Below are positions 30,456 to 40,672 of a stretch of DNA of 64,000 bases, one piece after another. The stretch lies in assembly GCA_963833745.1 (NCBI GenBank), contig CAWHZD010000003.1, positions 498,407 to 562,406 on the forward strand. Direction: 5' to 3'. The notes beneath the pieces are model-generated. The model saw nothing but the letters and a program-made list of their open reading frames with translations. It was not told where the DNA came from and ran no database searches. Within the stretch, counting starts at the first letter, position 1. The number at the start of each line of letters is the position of its first letter. Made by a program: the position numbers and the translations under genes. Origin of the DNA: an uncultured Alphaproteobacteria bacterium (GTDB lineage: Bacteria; Pseudomonadota; Alphaproteobacteria; ATCC43930; CGMCC-115725).

Positions 30456-31664
30456 ATGAGCCAGGCCCTTGCAGGCATTCGCGTCATCGACTTCACCCAC
30501 GACCAGGCCGGTCCGTCCTGCACCCAGATGCTGGCCTGGCTCGGCGCTGACGTGATCAAGATCGAGCGGCCGCCGCATGGCGACCGGGCGCGGCGGCTGT
30601 GGAACATGGACAACCCCGCGGTCGACAGCTTCTTTTTCCTGCTGCTCAACAGCTCGAAGCGCAGCGTCGTGCTCGACCTGAAGACCGACGACGGCAAGCA
30701 GATCGCCCGCCGCCTCGTCGCCGAATGCGACATCGTCGCGGAAAATCTCGGACCCGGCGTCATGGAACGGCTCGGGCTCGGCTGGGAGGCGGTGCACCAG
30801 CTCAATCCGCGCACGGTCTACGCCTCGGTCAAAGGCTTCGGCTCTTACGGCCCCTACAGCGAATTCAAGTGCTTCGAGCCGGTGGCGCAGGCGACCTCGG
30901 GGGCAATGAGCGTGACCGGCGACGCCGACGGCCCGCCGCTGGTCAACGGCGCCAACATAGGCGACTCCGGAACCGGCATGCATCTCGCGATCGCGATCCT
31001 CGCTGCTCTGGTCCAGCGCGGTCAGACCGGCCGTGGCCAGTTGGTCGAGGTCGCAATGCAGGAGGCGGTGCTGAACCTGACCCGGGTCAAATACACCGGC
31101 ACCCTAGCGACCGGGAAACCGCTGGAGCGTACCGGCAACCGCTCGGCGACCGGCGGCTGGTCGGATCTGGTGCGCTGCGCCGGCGGCGGGCATAACGACT
31201 ACGTCTACATGATCATCCCGCCTGACAATCTCGAGATGTTCGCGGCGGTGACCGAGGTCGTCGGCCATCCTGAACTGAAGACCGACGAGCGCTTTGCGAC
31301 CGCCCCGGCGCGTGCCCGCAACCAGGCGGCGTTGACCGAAATCATCGAAAGCTGGACGCGCGGCCGCGAAAAGCATGAGGTCATGCAGGCGTTCGCCGGC
31401 CGCGGCATTCCTTGCGGTGCGGTGCTCGACACCGCCGAGGTATTGGCGGACCCGCATTTGCGCGAGCGCGGCACGATTTTCGATCTGGACCACCCGACGC
31501 GCGGCCGCTTCTCGATGATCGGGTGCCCGGTGCGGTTGTCGGATTCGCCGTTCGAGCCGACCCGCGCGCCGCTCAAAGGCGAGCACACCGAGGACGTGTT
31601 GCGAAGCTTGGCCGGCTACTCCTCGGAGGAAATCTCGGCGCTGCGTGAAAAGCAGGTAATCTAA
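30456..31664 (+). CDS. frc: Family III CoA-transferase, formyl-CoA transferase-like
   Basis: 402-aa ORF. GIRVIDFTHDQAGPSCTQMLAWLGADVIKIERP, NPRTVYASVKGFG, GDSGTGMHLAIAILAAL and TGRGQLVEVAMQEAVLNLTRVK closely parallel the Frc/YfdW sequences as I remember them. It is somewhat shorter than Frc, so the substrate assignment is tentative. Confidence 0.7.
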   Translation: MSQALAGIRVIDFTHDQAGPSCTQMLAWLGADVIKIERPPHGDRARRLWNMDNPAVDSFFFLLLNSSKRSVVLDLKTDDGKQIARRLVAECDIVAENLGPGVMERLGLGWEAVHQLNPRTVYASVKGFGSYGPYSEFKCFEPVAQATSGAMSVTGDADGPPLVNGANIGDSGTGMHLAIAILAALVQRGQTGRGQLVEVAMQEAVLNLTRVKYTGTLATGKPLERTGNRSATGGWSDLVRCAGGGHNDYVYMIIPPDNLEMFAAVTEVVGHPELKTDERFATAPARARNQAALTEIIESWTRGREKHEVMQAFAGRGIPCGAVLDTAEVLADPHLRERGTIFDLDHPTRGRFSMIGCPVRLSDSPFEPTRAPLKGEHTEDVLRSLAGYSSEEISALREKQVI

Positions 31665-31997
31665 CAAAACAGAGAGGAGTAACGCGAAGGCCGCCAAGGG
31701 TATCGTGGAGGACGCTGTAGTGACTGAAAACGAAAAACGTTCATCGGGTGGATCTGCTAATCGGATAATTGTGCAGTTGTAGAGATGAAAGCAATTGAAC
31801 AGATTGTGACCGTTCGCGCAGCCTTTGCGATCCCGGCGTTAAAGTCTTAATGAGGACTGCCGATGATCGAACAGACCATTGACATCGCTGCGAGCAACGG
31901 GTTGATGAAAATCTTCATCGTCGGCGCCGCGCACAAGGAGCCGGCGCCGTTGCCGATGGCGGCGCCCTGCCGGCACCAGGTCGGTTGAGCCCATACC

Positions 31998-33734
31998 GTG
32001 GCCCACGCATCGAGGCCGTCGGAGCCCGCCGACAACGGCGTTCTGACGACGTCGCGCACCGGTTGGGATCTGCTGTCCGACCCGCTCTTCAACAAGGGCA
32101 CCGCCTTTACCGAGACCGAGCGCGATGCTTTCGGACTGCACGGGTTGCTGCCGCCGCATGTCGGCACCTTGGACGAACAGGTCTCGCGCCGGCTGGCGGT
32201 GCTGCACCGCTTTGCCAGCGAACTCGAGCGCTACGCCTTTTTGCGCGAATTGCACGACAACAACGAGACCCTGTTCTTTGCGCTGCTCGAACAAAACATC
32301 GAGGAATTGCTGCCGCTGGTCTACACCCCGACGGTTGGCGCCGGCTGCCAGGAATTCAGCCAATTGTTCCGCAAGCCGCGCGGGCTGTTTCTGAGCCTGC
32401 CGCACAAGCATCGCCTCGATCAGATCCTCGCCAACCCGCGCTTCGACCAGGTCGAGGTCGTCGTCGTCACCGACGGCGAGCGGATTCTAGGGCTCGGCGA
32501 CCAAGGCGCCGGCGGGATGGGCATCCCGATCGGCAAGCTGGCGCTCTACACCGCCTGCGGCGGGCTGCATCCGGCGACCACCCTGCCGATCATGCTCGAT
32601 GTCGGCACCGACAATCAGGAGCGGCTGACCGACCCGCTCTATCTCGGCTGGCGCCATGAGCGGGTGCGCGGCGCGGAATACGATGATTTTGTCGAGGCGG
32701 CGGTTGGTGCGATCACCCGGCGCTGGCCGCAGGTGCTGCTGCAATGGGAGGATTTCGCCAAGACCAACGCGACGCGGCTGCTCGACCGCTATCGCGACCG
32801 GCTGTGCACCTTCAACGACGACATCCAGGGGACGGCGGCAGTCGCCGCCGGGACCCTGCTCTCGGCGGTCAACGTCACCGGCGTGCCGTTGACCGAGCAG
32901 TGTATCGTGGTGTTGGGCGCGGGGTCGGCGGGCTGCGGCATTGCCGGCCTGCTGCTGAAGATGATGGTCACGGCCGGGCTCCCGGAAAATGCCGCAGCTG
33001 CGCGGTTTTACATCGTCGACCGCGACGGCCTGCTGATCGACGGCATGAACGCGATCGAGCCGTTTCAGCAACCCCTTTTGCAAAAGCGGGCGGCGGTCGA
33101 AAACTGGGTGCTCGACCATCCCGACAAGATTGCGCTGCTCGACGTCGTGACCAACGCCAAGCCGACAGTGCTGATCGGGGTTTCGGGCCAGCCCGGCGCG
33201 TTTTCGGAGGCGGCGATCCGGGTCATGGCGCGCAACAACCGGCGGCCGGTGATCTTTCCGCTGTCGAACCCGACCTCGCGCGCCGAGGCGACACCCGAGG
33301 ACATCGAAGAATGGACCGAGGGCCGCGCCGTCATCGGCGCCGGCAGCCCGTTCCCGCCGCTCACCCGCAACGGCGTCGAATTCAAGGTCGACCAGACCAA
33401 CAATTCCTACATTTTCCCGGGGGTCGGCCTCGGTGCGGTCGCGGTCAAGGCGCGCCGCGTCACCGACACGATGTTCATGGCGGCAGCCAAGGCATTGGCG
33501 GCGGCGTCGCCGGCCGCCTCGCACCCCGGCGACAATTTGCTGCCGCCGGTGACTGCATTGCGCGAGGTGGCGTTTGCCGTGGCATTGGCGACCGCAAACC
33601 AAGCGCATCAGGAGGGCCTGACCCAAGGGATCGAAACCGACGAGATCGAAGCCGCGATCCGCGCCAAGATCTGGCACCCCCGCTATCATCGCTACGAACC
33701 CGGCCACCAGCCCGCCCACGAACCGGCGCGCTGA
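31998..33734 (+). CDS. maeA: NAD(P)-dependent malic enzyme (SfcA/MaeA type, no PTA domain)
   Basis: 578-aa ORF with LLSDPLFNKGTAFTE.ERD.FGL.GLLPP, VYTPTVG.ACQ and the signature VVVTDGERILGLGDQGAGGMGIPIGKL. Cofactor preference is not deducible from sequence here. Confidence 0.9.
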   Translation: MAHASRPSEPADNGVLTTSRTGWDLLSDPLFNKGTAFTETERDAFGLHGLLPPHVGTLDEQVSRRLAVLHRFASELERYAFLRELHDNNETLFFALLEQNIEELLPLVYTPTVGAGCQEFSQLFRKPRGLFLSLPHKHRLDQILANPRFDQVEVVVVTDGERILGLGDQGAGGMGIPIGKLALYTACGGLHPATTLPIMLDVGTDNQERLTDPLYLGWRHERVRGAEYDDFVEAAVGAITRRWPQVLLQWEDFAKTNATRLLDRYRDRLCTFNDDIQGTAAVAAGTLLSAVNVTGVPLTEQCIVVLGAGSAGCGIAGLLLKMMVTAGLPENAAAARFYIVDRDGLLIDGMNAIEPFQQPLLQKRAAVENWVLDHPDKIALLDVVTNAKPTVLIGVSGQPGAFSEAAIRVMARNNRRPVIFPLSNPTSRAEATPEDIEEWTEGRAVIGAGSPFPPLTRNGVEFKVDQTNNSYIFPGVGLGAVAVKARRVTDTMFMAAAKALAAASPAASHPGDNLLPPVTALREVAFAVALATANQAHQEGLTQGIETDEIEAAIRAKIWHPRYHRYEPGHQPAHEPAR

Positions 33735-33987
33735 CGTCGGTCTTGAACGCGTCGTGTCGGCCGAAATCCGACCGCCGCGACGGCTTCCGGCGCTCACGAC
33801 TGCCAACCTTGACGCTGCTCGCGTTGACAACCCCGCGGTTCACTTGGCGGACCAACGCGCCACTAATGCCATGCCGGTCGTCGCATCGGTCAGCAGCTCG
33901 GCGCCTTTGTTGACCGTGCCGGCGACGGCGCCTCGACAGTCTCGACCGCCTTCTTGTCAATGAGTGCCCAATCACCGCGCCCGGCCA

Positions 33988-34170
33988 AATTCCCGTAGAA
34001 CCGGGAATAACCGGGAATTATTGCCATGTTGGCCCCAAAGTCCCCGATTTGGAGATGAAATAATGTGGCAGGCTAATCACTTGCCGGTGAATTCTCGTCG
34101 ATGGCGAACCGGGAATTTTTTCGGCCGAACCGGGAATTAAATCCGCGGAACCGGGAATTACGGGAACCGA
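33988..34170. repeat. Iteron-like array of the decamer AACCGGGAAT
   Basis: Direct copies start at 33999 and 34009 (10-bp spacing) and at 34107, 34128 and 34149 (exact 21-bp spacing). There is an inverted copy AATTCCCG at 33988-33995 and a partial copy ACGGGAACCG at 34160-34169. The array lies between the malic enzyme stop and the first gene fragment of the accessory region. Confidence 0.7.
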
Positions 34171-34285
34171 TGAGATCAATCCGCGGTGCGGCCTTATTCG
34201 ACGCAGCCAGGCAATCAAACCGCGGACAAGGGAGATCGCGATCATCGATAATCGTCGTATCAAACGCCGGACCATGGCGCGGCTC

Positions 34286-34612
34286 CTACATTCCTTTCGC
34301 GGCCAAACCGTGGTAACGACCGGAGGGGCCGATCACCGCACCCGGCGCGAATCGGTCGGCGACCGTCATCGCGCCGCCGGGTTCGGCGAGCCGCTTGGTG
34401 AAGGCGTCGGAGATGCGGTCCTGGACCAAAATTCGGTTGGCGGACAGAGAGGTCTGGCCGGCGTTGCGGTATTTGGAGGCGATCGCGACCTTCACTGCCA
34501 TCTCGATGTCGAGGTCGTCAAAGACAATAAACGGCGCGTTGCCGCCCAATTCGAGCGAAGGTTTTCTCACCGTTCCGGTAAAAGCGGGATGGGAGACCGC
34601 GAAATCACCCAT
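34286..34612 (-). pseudogene. Internal fragment of an aldehyde dehydrogenase (succinate-semialdehyde-DH-like)
   Basis: Reads FTGTVRKPSLELGGNAPFIVFDDLDIEMAV.VAIASKYRNAGQTS..NRILVQ. It covers only about 110 of the roughly 480 aa expected. The catalytic Cys of the GQTC motif reads Ser, and there is an internal deletion before ELGG. Confidence 0.7.
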
Positions 34613-34639
34613 CCCCCTCCGTCCTCCGCGGCCCCGACC

Positions 34640-35755
34640 GAGCGTCCCAGCCTATGGAGCAGCCTCACACAGTGTTCGTTCTCGGCTTCGATGGCGAGAC
34701 CTTCCTCAGCAATCTCTCGAGCTCTCGAGGTATCGTGCAAGTGAAGATATAGCCAAGCAAGGCGGGAAAGTTCTGTGGCGTCTGCCTCCGCCTTCCGTTG
34801 TTCCATCAGTTCAGCCAGCTCCCGATAGAGAAGGCGCTTCTCGTCGGAGTCCATAGCGAGGTAATTCTCATTGAATAACCTGTTAAGCGAATTTGCGGCA
34901 TTGCTGAAAGCAGAATATAATGCGTCGGGGAGCTTACATATGCGGATCTGGGCCTGAGCTGCACCGGTCCAGTCTCCCAGGAGCCTATAAATCTGAGCAA
35001 GCTGATCCCAACCGATGCGCTCGTCGGCAGTGCTTTGGGGCTGCTCCAGAAAGCGGCGGAGGCACTCTGACGCTTTCACAAGCCCCGCAATGGTTCCCAT
35101 TTCTTCGTATAACTTGGCCAGCATGAGCCACGCTGGCGCGTATTGACGGCAAACGAACTCCAGACTGGGTACGACCTCGTCGAGCTTCATTCGTCCCGCG
35201 GCTAGACGAGATGCGGTAAACTGGAAAAGACGTTCGATCCTTGGTCGGACACCGTGACGTAGAGCGGAGGTGCTCGTCGCGCCGATCTGCTGAAGGAATT
35301 CCACATCGGCATCAATTGCTGGTCGCATCGGTGTGGTTTCGAGCTTTCTTCGACCAAACACAGACGCAACCAGTGCCACATCCAAGAACACGGTGGAGTC
35401 GCTGGCAATCGTGCGTTCTACGAAAGAGCTCTGCACGAGTTCCTCTACTGCAGCTGCAACGTCCATCTTGTCGTTGGCCGGCCGCAAGAGCACTGCCTCC
35501 AGCGCTAGCTGCGGCACTAGAGAGCGCCAGCTACAGAGAGTCAGAAACACCCGTTTCGTAACGGGCTGAAGCCGTGCATAAGTTCTCTCGAACAGCGCGT
35601 TGAGTATTTCGTCTTTCCCGGCAACGATCCGCTCCACTTTATTCAATTCCCTGGACTTCGCAACTTCGCCCAAGAGGACTTTTATGATGTAGGGATGTCC
35701 GTCGGCCTCTTCGTACACTTCGTTCCTGTACCGCGAGGTTAGAAGCTCAGTACTG
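34640..35755 (-). pseudogene. 5'-truncated STAND-type NTPase C-terminal region with TPR-like helical repeats
   Basis: Lower-GC ORF. EEADGHPYIIKVLLGEVA resembles the GxP(L/Y)A(L/I) winged-helix motif of NB-ARC/STAND proteins. TPR-like repeats follow (WLMLAKLYEEMG, LAQIYRLLGDW, LAWLYLHLHDTSRAREIAEEGL). No P-loop region remains because the ORF abuts the IS110 fragment at about 35755. Confidence 0.45.
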
Positions 35756-36553
35756 ATGCCGCCGCAATTTGTCCGGCCGTATGTCAAAACCAACAAGAAC
35801 GACGCCGCTGACGCCGAAGCCTGCTGCGAGGCGGTCCAACGACCGAGCATGCGGTTTGTTCCGGTCAAGTCACGCGAACAACAGGCGGCGATGGCCTTGC
35901 ATCGCGTGCGCGATCATCTGGTCCGTCAGCGTACGGGCACGATCAATGCCCTGCGAGGGCACCTGGCCGAGTACGGTATCGTTGCCGCGGCGCTCAGAGG
36001 CGGCCTCAACCAGCTCTTTTCGATCGTCCAGGCTGATGACGACGATAAGCAGCTGCCTGCCTCGGTCAAGCAGCTCCTGCGAACGCTGGTGGCCGAGATC
36101 CGAGCTGCCGATGCACACATCGCCGAGCTTGACCGGAAGCTAAAGGATGATGCCAGGGCCGACGAGGCGTGCCGGCGGCTCATCGAAGTGCCCGGTATCG
36201 GCCCGGTGATCGCCACGGCCGTCGTAGCGACCGTGCCGGACGACCAGCGCTTCAGCTCGGGTCGCCACTTTGCGGCTTGGCTGGGTCTGACGCCCAAGCA
36301 GCACTCGAGTGGAGGGAAAGAACGTTTGCTCGGGATCAGCAAACGCGGCGACGCCTACATGCGCCGACAATTCATCAACGGTGCGCGGGCTCTCGTGCGG
36401 ATCGCATCCGGGCGAACCGGAGGCTATTGGGATTGGATCAACGCACTTCTTTCCCGACGCGCTTTCAACGTCGTCACGGTCGCGGTCGCGAACAAGCTGG
36501 CGCGGGTCGCATGGGCCCTGCAGGCCCGCGGAACCCGATGGAAGATGGCGTAA
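35756..36553 (+). pseudogene. IS110-family transposase, N-terminally truncated
   Basis: It begins at MPPQFVRPYVKTNKNDAADAEA.CEAVQRPSMRFV and continues through EVPGIGPVIATA...FAAWLGLTPKQHSSGGKERL.GISKRGD.Y.R. The roughly 80-aa N-terminal DEDD block is absent. Confidence 0.85.
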
Positions 36554-36626
36554 TGCATCCGAGGGTCTGACAGCCGAGAATTGAGACTGTGAGGGTGATC
36601 TGAAGCGTGGTGGCAGGACCGGTCGG

Positions 36627-38055
36627 GATCGTGTCCCAGGACGTGGTGTAAGAGCGGCGGCAGTATCGCGCTCTCCGGCGGGGTCGGCCGGTGTCAGGCG
36701 GATAGGGCGGGCAGCCTGACGATAGGATCCTCGCTCAATGGAGCGATAGTTTCCAGGGTCATGTAGCGAGCGCGCTGGACCGCCCATTCATCGTTTTGTT
36801 CGAGCAGGATGGCGCCGACGAGGCGGGTGATTGCGGCCTCGTTTGGGAAGATGCCGACGACCTCGGTGCGGCGCTTGATCTCGCCGTTGAGCCGCTCCAG
36901 CGGATTGGTGCTGTGGATCTTGGGCCGGTGATCCTTGGGAAAGCTCATGAAGGCGAGGACGTCGGCTTCGGCTTGGTCCATCAGGATGGCGAGCTTGGGC
37001 ACTTTGGGCCTGAGCTGATCGGCGACCTGGCGCCATTGGGCTCGGGCCATCTCGGCATCCTCCTGGGCGAAGGCGGTGGCGATGAAGGCGGCGACGACGC
37101 GGCGGCCCTGCTTGCCGGCATGGGCCAGGACGTTGCGCATGAAGTGTACCCGGCAGCGCTGCCAGGACGCATGCAGCACCTTTGCGACCGCTGCCTTCAG
37201 CCCCTCGTGCGCATCCGAGATCACCAGCTTGACGCCGCGCAGGCCGCGCCGCGCCAGCGAGCGCAGGAAGTCGGTCCAGAAAGTCTCGGCCTCCGACGCG
37301 CCGATCGCGATGCCCAGCACCTCGCGCCGGCCATCGCCGTTGACGGCCACCGCGATGATGACGGCGACCGAGACGATACGCCCGTTCTCGCGCACCTTCA
37401 GGTAAGTCGCATCGAGCCACAGATAGGGCCACTCGCCTTCCAGCGGCCGGTTGAGAAAGGCAGCGACCTTGTCGTCGATCTCGGCGCACAGCCGGCTGAC
37501 CTGGCTCTTGGACATTCCGGTCATGCCCATCGCCTGGACCAGATCGTCGACCGAACGGGTCGACACGCCGTGGACGTAAGCTTCCTGAATCACCGCCGCG
37601 AGCGCCTTCTCGGCCATCCGCCGCGGTTCCAGAAAAGCCGGGAAGTAGCAGCTCCGGCGCAGCTTGGGGATGCGCAGCTCGACCGTGCCGGCGCGCGTTT
37701 CCCACACCCGGTCGCGGTACCCGTTGCGGTGGTTGAGGCGCTCGGGATTGCGCTCGCCGTGCGCGGCGCCGGTCAAGCCCTCGACCTCCAGCTCCATCAG
37801 CCGCTGCGCCGCAAAACCCACCATCTCGCGCAGTAGCTCGGCATCCGAACTCTTCTCCAAAAGCGTGCGAAGGCTCATCATCTCGTCGGTCATCGTCGGG
37901 TCCTTGGTTCGCGTTGAAGTTGGCGACCAAAACCCTACCGAAGACCCGCGATGACCGCCGCTATGGATAAGTAGCCCGCCGCCGCCTAACTCGTGGCGGT
38001 CCACGGCGGCGGGCTACTTATCCACAGCTCCTACACCACTCCAAGGGACACGACC
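36627..38055 (-). mobile_element. IS256-family insertion sequence, apparently intact (1429 bp)
   Basis: Imperfect terminal inverted repeats: GATCGTGTCCCAGGACGTGGTGTAAGAGC at 36627 onward, against the reverse complement GGTCGTGTCCCTTGGAGTGGTGTAGGAGC ending at 38055. It is flanked by the direct repeat ACCGGTCGG (36618-36626 and 38056-38064). Confidence 0.85.
36694..37893 (-). CDS. IS256-family transposase
   Basis: 400 aa from [15 protein letters not shown]. Contains [38 protein letters not shown] and [15 protein letters not shown] (DDE and mutator-type motifs). Confidence 0.92.
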   Translation of the reverse strand: MTDEMMSLRTLLEKSSDAELLREMVGFAAQRLMELEVEGLTGAAHGERNPERLNHRNGYRDRVWETRAGTVELRIPKLRRSCYFPAFLEPRRMAEKALAAVIQEAYVHGVSTRSVDDLVQAMGMTGMSKSQVSRLCAEIDDKVAAFLNRPLEGEWPYLWLDATYLKVRENGRIVSVAVIIAVAVNGDGRREVLGIAIGASEAETFWTDFLRSLARRGLRGVKLVISDAHEGLKAAVAKVLHASWQRCRVHFMRNVLAHAGKQGRRVVAAFIATAFAQEDAEMARAQWRQVADQLRPKVPKLAILMDQAEADVLAFMSFPKDHRPKIHSTNPLERLNGEIKRRTEVVGIFPNEAAITRLVGAILLEQNDEWAVQRARYMTLETIAPLSEDPIVRLPALSA

Positions 38056-38254
38056 ACCGGTCGGTGACCGGCGTCGATCATCCCGGCTTGCGCATAGAGC
38101 ATCAAGCTCGACGATATGATGGGACTTCGACGGGTGGATCTCACCAAGGCCAGACGACAGCGTCGTCACTAAAGGCCGGATAGATGGCAACAGCCAAGAT
38201 CGGACCGACCGCCGCGATTGAAGAAATCCCTTGCGGGGCGAGGGGCGTCCATAG

Positions 38255-38554
38255 ATACGCAAGGGGTTCGACAGCCTGGCGGCGCAGGCGCAAAGCGTGC
38301 TCGGACAGGACCCGTTCTCGGGTCATGTATTCTGCTTCCGCGGTCGCCGCGGCGATCTCTTGAAGCTGCTGTGGTGGGATGGTGACGGGCTGTGCCTGTT
38401 CGCCAAGCGGCTGGAGCGGGGCCGATTCGTGTGGCCGCCCGCCGATGAGGGCGTAGCGGTGCTGACGCGGGCGCAATTGTCGATGCTGCTGGAGGAGATC
38501 GACTGGCGAATGCCGCGGCGAACTACGACAGATCGAACTCAACCAAAGGTATAG
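38255..38554 (+). pseudogene. IS66-family TnpB (orf2), 5'-degraded
   Basis: Reads IRKGFDSLAAQAQSVLGQDPFSGHVFCFRGRRGDLLKLLWWDGDGLCLFAKRLERGRFVWP...LTRAQLSMLLEEIDWR. The frame is closed by TAG at 38252-38254, right where the conserved PxDxRKG block should start. Confidence 0.8.
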
Positions 38555-38591
38555 GCAAGCCAGCCCGCTGCCGATCTGATCCAATCGCGGC

Positions 38592-39947
38592 GTGACAATC
38601 GCGCCCGAGAGCCTGCCCGACGACATGGCTGCGCTGAAGCAGATCATCGGCGACATGGCGCGCGACGTGGTGGCGGCGCGGGCCGAGATCGCCAAGTTGA
38701 AGTTCCAGCTGGCGCGCTACCGCCGGGCTGACTTCGGACGTTCCTCGGAGAAGCTGGCGCACGAGGTCGAGCAGCTCGAGCTGGCGATCGAGGCCTTGGA
38801 GACAGATCAGGCTGAGCAGCTGGCGACTGCCTCGCCGGCGGTGGCGGCGATCGTCGAGACTACGGTCGAGGCGCAGAAGCCAGCGCGCCGGCCATTGCCC
38901 GACCATCTGCCGCGGGAAGAGGTGCTGCACTCGGCGGCCTGCGCCTGCCCGCATTGCGGCGGTGCGTTGCGCCGGATCGGCGAGGACGTGACCGAGACCC
39001 TCGATTACGTCCCCGGCCGCTTCAAGAGCCTGCCCTCGCGAAGGCGGGGGTGATCCGGCACGTGCGCGAGAAGCTGTCCTGCCGGGCCTGCGACATGGTG
39101 GTAGAGGCCCCATCGCCCGACCACGCGATCGCTCGCGGCCGCGCCGGCGCGGGGTTGCTCGCCCATATCGCCGTGTCGAAGTACGACGACCATCTGCCGC
39201 TCTATCGTCAGGCCGAGATCTTCGCTCGCGAAGGCGTCACCCTGGAGACCTCGACCCTATCCGGCTGGGTCGGGGCGACGGCAGCAGCACTGAAGCCGCT
39301 GGTCGACGCGCTCGCCGCCGACGTGATGACCTCGGACACCCTGCATGTCGACGACAACGCCGGTGCCGGTGTTGGCGCCGGGCACCGGCAAGACCAAGAC
39401 CGGGCGGCTGTGGAACTATGTCCGCGATGAGCGGCCGTTCGCCGGGTCGCCCCCGCCGACGGCGCTGTTCTTCTACTCGGCCGACCGCAAAGGCGAGCAT
39501 CCACGGGCGCATTTGCTGGACTTCCGCGGTGTTATCCACGTCGACGGCTATTCCGGGTTCAACGAGCTGTTCGCCGGCAACCGGATCCCCGAAGCCGCCC
39601 GCTGGGCGCACGTCCGACGCAAACTCTTCGACGTGCATGCCGCCACTGGCTCGCCGATCGCCAAGGAAGCGCTCGAACGCATCGGCGATCTCTACAGGGT
39701 CGAGAAGACCATCACAGGCGCGCCACCCGATTATCCGCGAGGCGAGCGCCAGCAACGTTCGAAGCCGATCGCCGAGGCGCTACGCGCCTGGGCAGAAGCG
39801 ACCCTGCCCAAGCTCTCGCGCAAATCGGAACTCGCCAAGGCCTTCCGCTACATGCGGTCGCGCTGGGAGGCGCTGTTGCGATGCCTCGATGACGGCCGGC
39901 TCGCCCTCGACAATAATCCCGCCGAACGGGCTCTGCGCTGCGTCGCG
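38592..39947 (+). pseudogene. IS66-family transposase (TnpC) with two frameshifts and a 3' truncation
   Basis: The N-terminal coiled coil and zinc motif (CACPHCGG) are in frame 0. VIRHVREKLSCRAC...YDDHLPLYRQAEIFAREG is in frame 2. PVPVLAPGTGKTKTGRLW...NNPAERALRCVA is back in frame 0. A 23-nt insertion (39027-39049) sits between ...GRFK and VIRH, and one extra nt lies near 39355. The sequence ends abruptly at 39947. Confidence 0.85.
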
Positions 39948-40444
39948 AAGGTGCGGCACACCGCGGCTTTTGTCGCACCGCCTTCGAGCGCCGCGACGAC
40001 GGACGTCAGCTTTTCGGCATCGATCACGATCGGGCGGCCGCCCCGTAGGCCGCGACGCCGGGCGGCCGCGAGACCGGCGCGAACCCGCTCCTGGGTCAAC
40101 GAGCGTTCGAATTGCGCCAGCGCGCCGAAGACATGGAACAGTAATTCGCTCTGCGGAGTGGTGGTGTCCATCTGCTCGGTCAGCGAGCGGAATGCGATGC
40201 CGCGGTCCTTCAACTCGTTTACTCTCGCCAGCAGATGGGTCAGCGATCGCCCGAGACGATCGAGCTTCCACACCACAAAGCAATCACCCGGCTTGAGGAA
40301 GGCGAGCGCCTTCGCAAGCCCGGCACGATCGTCGCGGCCGCTGGCACGATCCTCGAACAGATGCCGCTCATCGACCCCCGCCCCCAGCAGGGCATCGCGC
40401 TGCAGATCCAGGACCTGGCGATCGCCATCGGTCGAAACGCGCAT
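39948..40444 (-). pseudogene. Serine recombinase (resolvase/invertase) remnant
   Basis: Reads (TLLIGC)MRVSTDGDRQ..LQRDAL...VVWKLDRLGRSL.HL...FRSLTE..DTTTP...L.FHVFGALAQFERSL..ER. There is no start codon upstream of the beta-1 strand. The C-terminal HTH is cut after ...GATKAAVCRTF, exactly at the junction with the IS66 tnpC fragment. Confidence 0.8.
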
Positions 40445-40672
40445 GCAGCCGATGAGCAGCGTACGGAAATCCCCGGTAGAGCGGTTCGGTATACTACATC
40501 ATTCCGACAGGGTTTGTCGTGCAAGTTTTAGGGCTTAAACCAGGCACCGAACCCTCTGATCAGGCTCCCGTCGGGAATCAGATGCTTGCCGTCACCTCCC
40601 TCACCGCGGTCGTAGACGGCAATAGGGGGTAGCCCGCCGCCTGTCCGAGCGGCGTTCCACCTTTGTCCGCTT

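Noticed and set aside
31863-31988. A 41-codon ORF, MIEQTIDIAASNGLMKIFIVGAAHKEPAPLPMAAP..., that resembles the N-terminus of dienelactone hydrolases. It lies just upstream of the malic enzyme gene.
   Set aside because: The similarity comes from memory of about 30 residues only. It is too short to support a pseudogene call without a database search.
33988-34170. The repeat array as a CRISPR locus.
   Set aside because: The repeat unit is only about 10 bp with 0-11-bp spacers, far below CRISPR dimensions. There are no cas genes in the window.
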